Part shown: in pieces, positions 20,278 to 30,722 of the stretch
How positions within the stretch are numbered: the stretch's first letter is position 1
Layout: each line of letters begins with the position of its first letter
Assembly: GCA_023247825.1 (NCBI GenBank)
Contig: JAHFFR010000001.1
Coordinates: 23,009 to 87,008 of the forward strand
Direction of reading: 5' to 3'
Source of the DNA: Candidatus Omnitrophota bacterium
Lineage (GTDB): Bacteria > Omnitrophota > Gorgyraeia > Gygaellales > Profunditerraquicolaceae
Length of the DNA stretch: 64,000 nucleotides
Position numbers and translations under genes: made by a program
Notes under the pieces: model-generated
Database searches by the model: none
The model's input: the letters and a program-made list of their open reading frames with translations, nothing else
What the model was told of the DNA's origin: nothing

Positions 20278-21288
20278 CTATTCTTTATGAACATATTCAA
20301 ACGGCTGCTTTTTTAACTCTTTGAGATTATCATCTACCCAATTTATTGTTTCCCGTATGCCATCTTCCAGCTTGATACGATCTGTCCAACCTAATTCATC
20401 GCGCAACTTACTGCTATCCAATAAATATGCCGCATCCTTACCCGGATTCTCACCCACTATTTCAACAAGTTTTGTAAAATTTGCTTGCATCATTTTGCAA
20501 ATCGATTCTACTAAGACCTTTATAGAGATATATGAATCTGTAGATATATGATATATTTCCCCCACAGTCCCTTTTTGCGCGATTTTTAGAGTAGCTGCCG
20601 CCATATCCCGAATATGAATAAAAGAACGCACTGAATGCCCCCCGCCACGTAATTGCAGTTTCTTGCCAAGTTTTATATAAAGAATAGTTCGAGGTATTAC
20701 CCTATAGAGTTGTTGTCCTGGGCCATAGACATTGGCTGCGCGCGTAAAAACTACTGGAAATTTATAACGATTAAAGAATGTCTTCAGGTGCAGATCACAA
20801 GCTGCTCTTGAAGCAGCATAAGGAGTGCTGGGATTAAATAACATTGACTCGGTTACTTTCCCGGCACAATTACCATATACCTCCGGAGTTGACACATGGA
20901 CATATTTTTTCAGAAAATTGAACTTTCTTATTTTATCATGAAGCTTTACGTTACCGACGACATTAGTCTGATACCAATGTTCCGGATGCTCCCAGCTTTG
21001 AGCTACCATAGCCTGCGCGGCAAAATTTACAATGTAATCCGGGCAGAACTTCTTAATGCTACCGGCTATCCTATCTGTATCACAATTTATATCAAGCTTT
21101 TCAAACCTGAATGAGCCTGATTTATTTATATCATTCCACTTATACGGCAAAAACATGGCAGGCGACTCATGAGAACGACTTATACCTAATATTTCCATTC
21201 CTAAAGCAAGGCAATGTGCCGCAAAACTTGCCCCGGAAAAAGAATTGCTTCCTATTACAGCTATCTTCTCGCGCAGCTTAATCATCAA
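20278..21288 (-). CDS. NDP-sugar 4,6-dehydratase-like extended SDR
   Basis: GSNSFSG, NFAAQ, STPEVYG, PSTPYAASRAA, NVYGPGQ. Confidence 0.82.
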   Translation of the reverse strand: MMIKLREKIAVIGSNSFSGASFAAHCLALGMEILGISRSHESPAMFLPYKWNDINKSGSFRFEKLDINCDTDRIAGSIKKFCPDYIVNFAAQAMVAQSWEHPEHWYQTNVVGNVKLHDKIRKFNFLKKYVHVSTPEVYGNCAGKVTESMLFNPSTPYAASRAACDLHLKTFFNRYKFPVVFTRAANVYGPGQQLYRVIPRTILYIKLGKKLQLRGGGHSVRSFIHIRDMAAATLKIAQKGTVGEIYHISTDSYISIKVLVESICKMMQANFTKLVEIVGENPGKDAAYLLDSSKLRDELGWTDRIKLEDGIRETINWVDDNLKELKKQPFEYVHKE

Positions 21289-21847
21289 GCATTCCTTTCT
21301 TAAGCCACTGCACCAACATATGCCCGACTATAAGCTGCAGATCCTCCGCTATTTGCATATCATTAACAGAAAAATGTATAGGGATATCCACCAAGCTTAA
21401 ACATTTACCTCCGTCAAATCCTAGGATCGCGCAAGTTAAAATACCATTATTTTTGGCACTATCTATTGCCTTCAAAATATTTGGAGAATTACCGCTTCCG
21501 GAAAGAACAATAAGAAGATCGCCTTTCCTCCCCAATCGTTCCAATTGGAATGAAAAAATATTCTCATATCCGGCATCATTAGATAAGCAGGTCAAAACAG
21601 CCTGATTGGCCGGCAATGCTGTAACTTTTATCCCATTGCCTTTCCATTTTAACTGAAGACACAGTAGGTCATTAGCTATATGCATCGCATTGGTAGCACT
21701 CCCACCGTTACCGCACAAAAATACATGCCGATCTTCTTTCTGAAAAGACAGGATCTTTTGGGCAAGCTGCGCTACCGGCGACCAGTCAAAAGATTGCATA
21801 CAATTAATTAGACGGTCCTGGTAATTTTTAATGGTTTCTTTTGGCAT
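21278..21847 (-). CDS. gmhA: Phosphoheptose isomerase (SIS domain)
   Basis: CGNGGSA, SNDAGY, SGSGNSPN, QIAEDLQLIVGH. Confidence 0.85.
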   Translation of the reverse strand: MPKETIKNYQDRLINCMQSFDWSPVAQLAQKILSFQKEDRHVFLCGNGGSATNAMHIANDLLCLQLKWKGNGIKVTALPANQAVLTCLSNDAGYENIFSFQLERLGRKGDLLIVLSGSGNSPNILKAIDSAKNNGILTCAILGFDGGKCLSLVDIPIHFSVNDMQIAEDLQLIVGHMLVQWLKKGMLDD

Positions 21848-23012
21848 ATATTATCCTCTTTTTAAAAAAATCCTCCATAATTTTCTTCAAAAACCTTAAT
21901 TTCTCCATATTTACAAATTGGTTATTCCCAATATAAAAAGCATTGTTATGAAGAAAATCCGCATTTTTAAAGTTTTCAGGGTCATAATAAGTTTTTAGAA
22001 ACGGTTGCAACAATAAATTGCCGCTAATAAGAGGCCTAGATTCTATCCCATGCTTTGTAATAAACTTTTGAAATTTCCTCTTTTTTATCTGATCCTTGAA
22101 AAAAAATGGCAGGCTAAAGGATGAAACACCTTTTGACTTTAACAAAATTAACTCATCGTATTTCCTGCACATTTCCATAAAATCAGCATAGTTTGAATTT
22201 CGAATTCCTATATAATTATCTATTCTTTCTAACTGGCTCAGGCCTATTTCGGCGTGTAATTCGGTATTGCGCATGTTAAATCCATCCGTTAAAAATAAGA
22301 ACCTGAAATCGATGTTTTTATTTCTTTTTCTTATCTCTCTATGGTACTTAAGGGGTAACTCGCGGGCCAATCCATGAGAACGTTTTAATAGTAAAATTTT
22401 ATAAAGCTCCTCATCATCGGTACAAATCATACCTCCCTCAACCGTAGTCATATGATGGCCCCAATAAAAACTGAACGTGCTGCCGATTCCAAAGCTCCCC
22501 ACTTTTTGGCTACCTATCGTTGCCCCCTGAGATTCACAACAATCTTCCAAAATAGCAATAGAACGATTACCAACAATTTTATTTATTAAAAGCATGTTTG
22601 CAGGTATTCCAATAAGGTGAGTCACAAAAATGGCCCGCGTATTTTTGGTTATTGATTTTCCCAATCTTTTGTAATCAAAGGATAAATCTTTAAGATTCAC
22701 ATCTACAAATACAGGTTTAAGTCCATTTTGAATTACGGGACCAATATTCGTAGGCCAGGTAACGGCAGGCACGATGATTTCATCATCTGCTGTCCATTTA
22801 TTTAATTCTTTCAACGCGTTAATTAAAAGGAAATTTGCTGAACTGCCTGAATTGACATAGACGCAATTTTTGCATTTCTGCCATTGGGAGAATTTCTTCT
22901 CAAACCTGCTTACAGTCTTAAACTGAGTAAAACGCGATGTGCTTTTAATAAATGCAATCAGCAAGTCTAAATCGCGTCTATTTAACACATCTTCTTGTAA
23001 TTTCCAAAACAT
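21828..23012 (-). CDS. DegT-fold PLP enzyme, ColD-like GDP-4-keto-6-deoxymannose 3-dehydratase
   Basis: VNSGSSAN, EDCCES, SFYWGHHMTTVEGG with His at the Schiff-base Lys position. Confidence 0.8.
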   Translation of the reverse strand: MFWKLQEDVLNRRDLDLLIAFIKSTSRFTQFKTVSRFEKKFSQWQKCKNCVYVNSGSSANFLLINALKELNKWTADDEIIVPAVTWPTNIGPVIQNGLKPVFVDVNLKDLSFDYKRLGKSITKNTRAIFVTHLIGIPANMLLINKIVGNRSIAILEDCCESQGATIGSQKVGSFGIGSTFSFYWGHHMTTVEGGMICTDDEELYKILLLKRSHGLARELPLKYHREIRKRNKNIDFRFLFLTDGFNMRNTELHAEIGLSQLERIDNYIGIRNSNYADFMEMCRKYDELILLKSKGVSSFSLPFFFKDQIKKRKFQKFITKHGIESRPLISGNLLLQPFLKTYYDPENFKNADFLHNNAFYIGNNQFVNMEKLRFLKKIMEDFFKKRIIYAKRNH

Positions 23013-23832
23013 TCAATCTCCTTATTGCCTCGTTATTTACATATTTTCTCTCATTATCAAAAAACCATCCCCATTTATTGAAATATTTAACCCCGGAAAA
23101 AATAAGATATTTAAAAAGTTCTATGTTCTTATTAGAGCCTCTTTCATAATCATGATAAACAACTGCCTCTGGATAATATACAGTATGGTATAGCTTGTGT
23201 ATCCTTCTGGATAAATCAACATCTTCAAAATAGACAAAAAACCGTTCATCGAATACGCCTATCTTTTCAAAGACATCGGTTCTCACAAACATAAAACATC
23301 CCGATAAATACGGCACATCCATTGTCTTTGTGTAATTGGCAAATCTGAGTTCATACTTACTTATTAAATTAACACAAAGGCTTAAAACCTTGACATTAAA
23401 TTTTCTGAGTAATAAATCAGCGGGATTGGGTAGTAAACGGCATAGATATTGTAATGAGCCATCAGGATACAACACCCTCGGCATAACAGAGCCAAGCTTC
23501 TCGTTTTTCTCCATAAAACTAAATAACTTCTCAAGCGTTCCATTATTAAAATAAACATCCGGATTAAAAATCAAAGAATATTTCGTTATGCCCATCATCT
23601 TCCGTATAGCAATATTATGACCGGCGCCAAAGCCCAAATTATTATTGTTAAAAATATATTCCACATTCTTCCTATCGCAGATATCCCTCAAATCATCAGT
23701 TGGGGAATTGTCTATTATGCAAAGATGTGTATTTAGCGCGGTATTCAAAAAACTCGTAACCGCTCTTTCTAAAACATCTCTGTCATTTTTAAATACTACT
23801 ATTGAACCGGAGATATCGTACGTCTTATTCAT
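22978..23832 (-). CDS. GT2 glycosyltransferase (rhamnosyltransferase-like)
   Basis: IDNS, NLGFGAGHN, NPDV, SGCFM, FDERFFVYFEDVDLSRR. Confidence 0.9.
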   Translation of the reverse strand: MNKTYDISGSIVVFKNDRDVLERAVTSFLNTALNTHLCIIDNSPTDDLRDICDRKNVEYIFNNNNLGFGAGHNIAIRKMMGITKYSLIFNPDVYFNNGTLEKLFSFMEKNEKLGSVMPRVLYPDGSLQYLCRLLPNPADLLLRKFNVKVLSLCVNLISKYELRFANYTKTMDVPYLSGCFMFVRTDVFEKIGVFDERFFVYFEDVDLSRRIHKLYHTVYYPEAVVYHDYERGSNKNIELFKYLIFSGVKYFNKWGWFFDNERKYVNNEAIRRLNVLEITRRCVK

Positions 23833-25069
23833 AGTGCCGTATCCTGTTTAACCTAATAGCTTCTTCGTAATTTAAGATCAACTCTTTAATATGTTGAGAT
23901 GCTTCGTACCGCTTTACACAATTTTTGGCATTATTACCAAGTCTTGCCAAAGCTTCCGGATTTTTTATAATGTTTTCTAACACTTGCTTTAATTTATCGA
24001 CATCTCCGGGGTCAAACAAAAAACCATTATAATTATTTTTTACTACCTCGGTAATACCGCCAATACGAGACGCAACTACTGGAATCCCAGCTCTAAAGGC
24101 TTCTAAAATAACGATCCCAAAGACCTCATTCCATATTGAAGGAACAACCAAAATATCAGATTTATTATAACAGCCCCCTATGTCGTCATTGCTGATTTCC
24201 CCGTAAAATGTTATTCTTTTGTCTGAGTTAGCCATATTCTCCAGTTTATTTTTATACTTGCCGGAGCCAACGATTGCTAATCTCAAATTATCATTTTTTA
24301 TCCGCTTTACCGCCTCTATCAAAATTTGAATTCCTTTGTGCCTGGTCAGACTGCCAACATATAAAATATTTAAATTCGGCTTATTGATACCGACACTATC
24401 TGTACCAAAATTAGTATTGTTTAATTGTATCGGATACGGCAATATGACTTTTTTTGTTTTTTTGAAAAATCCGTTATCTCGGAATATGCGGGAGATAAAC
24501 TCCGATGGAAAAATAACGACATCCGCCTTGTTATCAATGATCTTTTTGGTTAATATTCTGTAGAGTTTGCAAAATTTACTTATATTCTTATCTGCGCAAA
24601 TCTCTCCTGATTTGTGCAAAAGAACTACCCGTCGGCATAATAAAAGGTAGTCATGCGCTGTGAATACTAAAGGTAACTTCATCTTTTTTACCGCATCAAA
24701 TGCGGACAGCGTAATATCTAAAGGAGTATGGAGATGGACAACATCGGGACTTTCCTTCCTAAGTATCGCAACGATTTTCGCATATGAATATCGATTATAG
24801 ATATCTAAAACTGTCCATAACCCTTGCAATAAAATTGACTTTTTACCGATTTCAGAACACGTGGAAATATTAAAAGGATGGAAGCAATAAATTTTTATTG
24901 CGCCATGAATTTTTATCGAGTCTTTTCTGTCTGGACTCGCAGTAATTACGACAACCTCATAATTTCTTTCCTGCAATTCTTTAACAATAGTATTTGTATA
25001 TACATTTGACCCGCCTATTAAATCCGGAGAATACGTATTAGTTATTATACAAACTTTCATAATTATCAA
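23825..25069 (-). CDS. GT4 glycosyltransferase
   Basis: HDY, VGSLTRHKG, PSIWNEVFGIVILEA (EX7E). Confidence 0.92.
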   Translation of the reverse strand: MIIMKVCIITNTYSPDLIGGSNVYTNTIVKELQERNYEVVVITASPDRKDSIKIHGAIKIYCFHPFNISTCSEIGKKSILLQGLWTVLDIYNRYSYAKIVAILRKESPDVVHLHTPLDITLSAFDAVKKMKLPLVFTAHDYLLLCRRVVLLHKSGEICADKNISKFCKLYRILTKKIIDNKADVVIFPSEFISRIFRDNGFFKKTKKVILPYPIQLNNTNFGTDSVGINKPNLNILYVGSLTRHKGIQILIEAVKRIKNDNLRLAIVGSGKYKNKLENMANSDKRITFYGEISNDDIGGCYNKSDILVVPSIWNEVFGIVILEAFRAGIPVVASRIGGITEVVKNNYNGFLFDPGDVDKLKQVLENIIKNPEALARLGNNAKNCVKRYEASQHIKELILNYEEAIRLNRIRHYE

Positions 25070-25074
25070 ACTAC

Positions 25075-26319
25075 TTAGTGATCGTGTCCTACTTTAAGGG
25101 ACATATTCTTATTCACAAAATAATACATGAAAACAAAAAATATAAGACCGCCGTAAAAATAATTCCCCTGCCGCAATAGACTTAAGATAAATAAACAAAC
25201 AATTGAATTACTGATAGCCCATAAATGATTGTCTTTTTTTCTCGAAACATAAAATTTAATAATAAAATAAAGAAACAAGAAAGTCCCTAGCAAACCAGTT
25301 TCCGAAATAAGCCTAAAAAATAACCCTGAGGCATCATCTCTGTTCAAAGTGCACCAAATTTCCGCTGGATTTATTATTTGCGCAATGTATCGATCATAGG
25401 ATGTGGGATGACTTCCTAACCCCGAACCAAATAAAGGATTGCGCATAAAGCTTTTGTACGCGATGAAACCATTGCTACAAAAAGCAAATGTACTTAAATT
25501 CACGCTATTGAGCGGTTTCTTACCGCTAATAACAGCAACTGTTTCACTAACTTTCATTTTGACTATGGGTAAATATCTATACGATATAAACATCGTAGCA
25601 ACCAGTATAACCGCACACGCGACTATTAATCTTACATTTCTGTAATTTAACATGATTAAAATGAAAGCGGCAACTATACCAACATAGACCACAAGCGAGA
25701 AAGTTAACAGGGTGCTTATAATTATTAAAAAACTTGCTTTTTTGCTAATAAAGTCGCTTCTCCGTTCTAAAATATTTAGAACTGAAATAAAGAATGCGGG
25801 GATCATTGCTGTGCCAAAATGGGTAGGCTCTTGCATAATCGATGTGACTCTCAACATCCCGGATTGTATCTGGGGGTTCACAATCCTCGGGATAAAATAT
25901 CTAAAATCATAGCCGTACTCAAACCCGATAAAAAAACTAATTTCTTGAAAAATTCCGATAAGCGCAACAACAAAAGCAAGTTGTAAATATACTCTAAAGA
26001 GCTTCTCTACGTTATAGTTATTTATACGTACAAGCAAATAATACACTATGCCATAAAAGATAAAGCCAATTGTTGGTTTCACTAGGGAAGAAATAGGATT
26101 ACTTAAATAAAGGGTATTTAAAAAAGAGGAAATAATAAACAATATTAAAACATAAGCAAAAGTTCTATTAATATTTATAGTTCTGTAATGAAAAATATAA
26201 AACAATAAGAAAAAGGCCATGAAGATATAGTTTATATAAAAATCGAATAAACCCGTTGGTAAGATAAAGCTACCGGTAAAAATATTACTAATCAATAAAT
26301 AATTGAATAAATTTATCAT
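25075..26319 (-). CDS. Wzy/O-antigen ligase-like polytopic membrane protein
   Basis: About 10 TM segments; RVTSIMQEP, PLFGSGLG, RLISETGLLG. Confidence 0.75.
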   Translation of the reverse strand: MINLFNYLLISNIFTGSFILPTGLFDFYINYIFMAFFLLFYIFHYRTININRTFAYVLILFIISSFLNTLYLSNPISSLVKPTIGFIFYGIVYYLLVRINNYNVEKLFRVYLQLAFVVALIGIFQEISFFIGFEYGYDFRYFIPRIVNPQIQSGMLRVTSIMQEPTHFGTAMIPAFFISVLNILERRSDFISKKASFLIIISTLLTFSLVVYVGIVAAFILIMLNYRNVRLIVACAVILVATMFISYRYLPIVKMKVSETVAVISGKKPLNSVNLSTFAFCSNGFIAYKSFMRNPLFGSGLGSHPTSYDRYIAQIINPAEIWCTLNRDDASGLFFRLISETGLLGTFLFLYFIIKFYVSRKKDNHLWAISNSIVCLFILSLLRQGNYFYGGLIFFVFMYYFVNKNMSLKVGHDH

Positions 26320-27368
26320 GCGTAACTATTACTTTCTATAGCCTTTTCGCTACGTTTTTGTCTATAAAAAATACCACTACGGATTATTTCACGTTTTATT
26401 TTTACAGCAACAGACACAAGTTTTCTATTCTTGCTTAACAACCGGCAAAACGTAACTATTCTGTGATTATATCCGAAGGCAAACAATTTATTTTTAAATT
26501 TCTCCCATGACTCAGGATCTTTAATATATGAGGAAACATTGATGATTGTATACCAAGGATGCTCACGCGTCATAACCTTCAAAAATGAATTTCTCACACC
26601 GAGATCATCCGAGAGATATTTATCCGCCAATCGCAAATAACCATCAAAATCAAGCAGGAATCTTTTTACTAATCCGTGCGCGTCCTGAAAGCTTACATTA
26701 TCATTACGCCATAGCACAAGAGAATCTCTGATATATTTTAGTCTGCATTTTTGTTTGATGAAAGAAAGAAGCGATGAAGCGAGAGCGTATGCTGTTCCAT
26801 CAAAATCATGATTATATCCCGCCTTAGCCCATTCTTCGCGACGTAACACGATTGAACTCATATAACTAAAGAGCGCGCAGATCGAATTTGCCTCATTGCA
26901 ATATTTTATTAATTCATTTTTGTCGTGAAGATTAAATACCTTATCCTTAATTTTCATGGAAAGAAAAATACGGTCCGATAGAGGCTTCATGAATAAATCG
27001 CATGCTGTCACGTTACACAGGTATATCTCGTATCCGGATTCGATCTCTTTTAAAATCCTATTTATTGCTCCGGGTTTAAGCAGGTCGTCGTCTGAAAGCA
27101 TCCAGCAATATTTCCCGCGCGAAAGCTCGATAGTTTTTGCCATATCCCTGTCAACACCCATCTTTTTTTCACCGCGATGGTAAACTAAGTTTTTAAATTT
27201 TTGCTGATAACTTTGCACCAATTCTTTTGTATTATCCGTAGATGCGCCATCTACGATAACGATTTCAACGTTATCGCTGGCCTGGGAAATAACATTCTCA
27301 AGGATCTCGCTGATAAAACTAGCGCGATTGTATGTAGGTATACATATAGAAAGTTTTATGTCCGCCAT
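26316..27368 (-). CDS. GT2 glycosyltransferase (RfbV/abequosyltransferase-like)
   Basis: LSICIPTYNR, VDGASTD, SDDD, ALFSYMSS. Confidence 0.85.
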   Translation of the reverse strand: MADIKLSICIPTYNRASFISEILENVISQASDNVEIVIVDGASTDNTKELVQSYQQKFKNLVYHRGEKKMGVDRDMAKTIELSRGKYCWMLSDDDLLKPGAINRILKEIESGYEIYLCNVTACDLFMKPLSDRIFLSMKIKDKVFNLHDKNELIKYCNEANSICALFSYMSSIVLRREEWAKAGYNHDFDGTAYALASSLLSFIKQKCRLKYIRDSLVLWRNDNVSFQDAHGLVKRFLLDFDGYLRLADKYLSDDLGVRNSFLKVMTREHPWYTIINVSSYIKDPESWEKFKNKLFAFGYNHRIVTFCRLLSKNRKLVSVAVKIKREIIRSGIFYRQKRSEKAIESNSYA

Positions 27369-27382
27369 ATGATTTTTGCGTA

Positions 27383-28633
27383 CTATGATTCTTTGCCCGC
27401 CTTTACAACTTCCAGATTAGGCAGCGGAAAAACCAAGCTGAATCGCCTGTACCTCTCTTGCGCTAAGAAGAACTTCCTGAAATGCCAGGGTAAAACAATA
27501 AGATAATCCGGCTTCCCGGCAAGCAATTCGTCCTCCGGGATGATTGGTATCCACGACCCCGGGGTATAACACCCATATTTCTCGACGTTGATCTCGCCAA
27601 TAAACGGCACATCTTTGCCTGTTAAACCGCAATATTGTAACAGTACATTTCCTTTTGTAGAGGCTCCGAGCGCCGCCACCGTTTTGCCTTCAGAACGAAC
27701 GGCTTTGAGAAACTTAAGCAAATCATTTTTTGCTTTTTCCGCTGTTTTGGCGAAATCCTGATAAGGCTTAAGCCCACTTAAGCCTCTCTCTTGTTCCAAA
27801 GAAAGAATTTTTTGTACTGAAGGGGCGATAGTTAAATCGTCATTTGCCTTTGAAACCATAACCGAAAAACTGCCTCCATTAACATCGTTAAACTCAACAT
27901 CTATAATTCGCAAGCCCACCTTATCCGCCATCCATTTAATCTGGCGCAGAGCATAGAATTCAAGATGTTCATGACAGACGGTGTCGTAGGAATTAGCCTC
28001 AAGCATAGCCGGCATATAGCTTTGTTCAAAAACCCAAACCCCGTTGTCTGCGAGCACATCATACACTTGCCTCATAAAATCTATTGGGTCTTCCAAATCG
28101 TAGAACATAGAGAACGAAGTTATTATTTTCGCCTTTTGCCCGGGAAAACGTTCTTTTAACAATGTGGAAGAAAATAATTCCGGGATCAATTGAATGTGCG
28201 GAGGATAATAGTTATGAAATTTGGCACCTGTGGGATCGATTCCGACAAGCATTAAACCGGAAGGCGGATAGGCCCGCAGTGTAGTGCTGTCATTGCTGCC
28301 GATATCGATAACGAGATCGCCTTTACGCAATTCGACCTGCCCAAGGATTTTTTTTACCTTGCCATGCAAATGTTCCACCATGCTCGCGTTAAGTCCGGAG
28401 CGATAGCCATAGTTTTCGCTGTACATCTCCCCCAAATCGTAGGAATGCTCAAGCTGCAACAGTCCGCAAACCTCATCGCCCCCCATGCATTTTACAAGAC
28501 ACAGAGGCCCAATCGTAACCTTCGTTCCTTTTTCACACGGGAATACGCCGGTCAACATCTGCTCTCCCAAATCGAGCACTCGCTCCAAATTCGCATTATT
28601 GCATATCCTGCATTTATCGACTTTTCTATACAT
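27383..28633 (-). CDS. NDP-hexose C-methyltransferase (Zn-binding + SAM domains)
   Basis: Likely start MYRKVDKCRIC at 28633 (TAATG overlap); YGYRSG, DIGSNDST, CHEHLEFY, GASTKGN, LPWHF. Confidence 0.88.
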   Translation of the reverse strand: MYRKVDKCRICNNANLERVLDLGEQMLTGVFPCEKGTKVTIGPLCLVKCMGGDEVCGLLQLEHSYDLGEMYSENYGYRSGLNASMVEHLHGKVKKILGQVELRKGDLVIDIGSNDSTTLRAYPPSGLMLVGIDPTGAKFHNYYPPHIQLIPELFSSTLLKERFPGQKAKIITSFSMFYDLEDPIDFMRQVYDVLADNGVWVFEQSYMPAMLEANSYDTVCHEHLEFYALRQIKWMADKVGLRIIDVEFNDVNGGSFSVMVSKANDDLTIAPSVQKILSLEQERGLSGLKPYQDFAKTAEKAKNDLLKFLKAVRSEGKTVAALGASTKGNVLLQYCGLTGKDVPFIGEINVEKYGCYTPGSWIPIIPEDELLAGKPDYLIVLPWHFRKFFLAQERYRRFSLVFPLPNLEVVKAGKES

Positions 28634-29589
28634 TATCTTAATTTCTGAAGTTCGGCATCCACCATCATCTTCACCATCTCGTCGAATTTTACCTCTGGCG
28701 CCCAATCCAGCTGCTTTATCGTCTTCTCTGGATTTCCCACCAGTTCTACCGGCTCAGCCGGACGGTACGCATTAGCGTCTTCCCGCACGTAATCGCGATA
28801 ATCCAAACCCAGATGCTTAAAAGCGATCTCACACAGATCCCTTACCGAATGAGTCTTACCGGTAGCCACCACATAATCTTCCGCATGCGGCTGCTGCAGC
28901 ATAAGCCACATAGCCCGCACATAATCCCCCGCAAATCCCCAATCCCTTCGCGCATCAAGATTACCAAGACGAAGCTCATTGGCCAGCCCCAGCTTGATCT
29001 TCGCTGACTGATAGGCGATCTTTCTCGTAACGAAATTTAATCCACGGCGCGGGCTCTCGTGATTAAACAAGATTGCCGAACACACAAACAGCCCGTAATA
29101 CTGACGGTAAATTCGAATCATTGAGTGCGCATAAAGTTTGGCAGCGCCATAGGGACTGCGCGGCTTAAATGGCGTTTCTACCGACTGCGGACTTCCAACT
29201 GCATCGCCAAACATTTCGCTGCTCGACGCCTGACAGAAATGAATACCGGAATCGACCTCGCTGATCGCCTTCAGCATGCGCGCGACTGCGAGCCCATTTA
29301 TCTCACCGATTCCAACAGGGTCATCGAACATACCTTCCCCAGATGAACAAGCTGCATAGTTGTATACTTCTACAGGCTTATTGCGCAAAAAAATATCCAC
29401 TATCTCTTTCTGATCCAACATGTCCCACTCAATCAACTCAACCCTGCTCATAAGTGAAGCAGACATGTTATCAGAAGTTTTATGTACATCCCTCACGGTA
29501 CCAACAACACGATATCCCTTAGCAAGCAAAAGCTCTGCCAGATACGAACCATCCTGACCGGCAATACCGGTGACTAAAGCCGTCTTCAT
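28633..29589 (-). CDS. GDP-mannose 4,6-dehydratase-like protein (second Gmd paralogue)
   Basis: TGIAGQDGSY, QASSSEMFG, PRSPYGAAK, FNHESPRRG, RDWGFAGDYV. Confidence 0.88.
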   Translation of the reverse strand: MKTALVTGIAGQDGSYLAELLLAKGYRVVGTVRDVHKTSDNMSASLMSRVELIEWDMLDQKEIVDIFLRNKPVEVYNYAACSSGEGMFDDPVGIGEINGLAVARMLKAISEVDSGIHFCQASSSEMFGDAVGSPQSVETPFKPRSPYGAAKLYAHSMIRIYRQYYGLFVCSAILFNHESPRRGLNFVTRKIAYQSAKIKLGLANELRLGNLDARRDWGFAGDYVRAMWLMLQQPHAEDYVVATGKTHSVRDLCEIAFKHLGLDYRDYVREDANAYRPAEPVELVGNPEKTIKQLDWAPEVKFDEMVKMMVDAELQKLR

Positions 29590-29624
29590 CGGTTATCAGC
29601 CCTCCGGCATAAGTTTATCTTTCA

Positions 29625-30722
29625 TTAAGCAAAAAAACTTTCATATAACGAATAGTGTTCATCCGCGATTTGCTGCCATTCATCCCGATCAATATCAGCA
29701 TCATATCCACGCCGTGTCCCCGCATACACTGCAAGAGCCGACTTCATCTCTTGGATATCATCAACTTTCGCAAAGTAGATATTACGTTTTTTATCATAAC
29801 CATTTTGGGTCATCGATGTCGTTATTACAAACGCCCCATTCAATACCGCCCCATGGATTGAGCTGTTCCATTCGCCTCCGCCGTCGCGGAAAGGCAGGAT
29901 CACGGCATCCGTTACTGCCAGTAACGCCGCAGCATCGGCAGCGGAAAGAAAACCGGTGACCGTCATTTTTTCTATCCATGGCTCAGTAGAAGCGCGCTGG
30001 GCTATCTTACGGAAATAATCCCCTTTTTCATCAACCTCCCCGGCTATGATGATCTGGTCTGTGGCAGATTCGGCAATATCAAATAAAAATTCTACCCCCT
30101 TATGGGGATATACGAAACCAAAGAAAACGATCAACCGTTTCTGTTTTCTTAAATATTGTTTTTTTAACATCTCCTTTTCATGCTCTCCCAGATCAACGCG
30201 GGGAACACACGATGCGTTTCGTATGAGTAGAACTTTTTTTCCCCATAAAGCCCACCGCAGCAAAGGATGCAGGATCCTTTCTCTATATTGAGGACGAACA
30301 ACCACCAATTTACCGGGAATAATAGATATCAAAAAAAGCATCGGCGCGTTTCGCCTGCTGTATCCTTCGTGCCAGGTCTGCACAACTTTTTTTCTCATCA
30401 GAAAGGAGACAATCGGCAACAACCACGGCAACAGTCCATCTCCATAACCTTGCGTCGGATATTGTATATGCACAATATCGGGTAACCATTGCCGGATGGT
30501 CTTTACGATCTTCAACACTTCAACAAAATTCCACTTTTTTACAACAGGAAAAATTTCGACCCCGTCAGCATTATCAACCTTTGCTTTGGCAATACTTGTA
30601 AGCACGCCAACGCGAATACCCCTATCAATAGCAAGCGCTTTCGCCAAGCTATAACTATAGTCGCCAATCCCGCATCTCATCGGCGGATAGGAACCTGTGA
30701 TTAACAATACCCGTATAATCAT
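29625..30722 (-). CDS. GT4-like glycosyltransferase
   Basis: YPPMRCGIGDY, HIQYP, FFGFVYPHKG. Confidence 0.82.
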   Translation of the reverse strand: MIIRVLLITGSYPPMRCGIGDYSYSLAKALAIDRGIRVGVLTSIAKAKVDNADGVEIFPVVKKWNFVEVLKIVKTIRQWLPDIVHIQYPTQGYGDGLLPWLLPIVSFLMRKKVVQTWHEGYSRRNAPMLFLISIIPGKLVVVRPQYRERILHPLLRWALWGKKVLLIRNASCVPRVDLGEHEKEMLKKQYLRKQKRLIVFFGFVYPHKGVEFLFDIAESATDQIIIAGEVDEKGDYFRKIAQRASTEPWIEKMTVTGFLSAADAAALLAVTDAVILPFRDGGGEWNSSIHGAVLNGAFVITTSMTQNGYDKKRNIYFAKVDDIQEMKSALAVYAGTRRGYDADIDRDEWQQIADEHYSLYESFFA

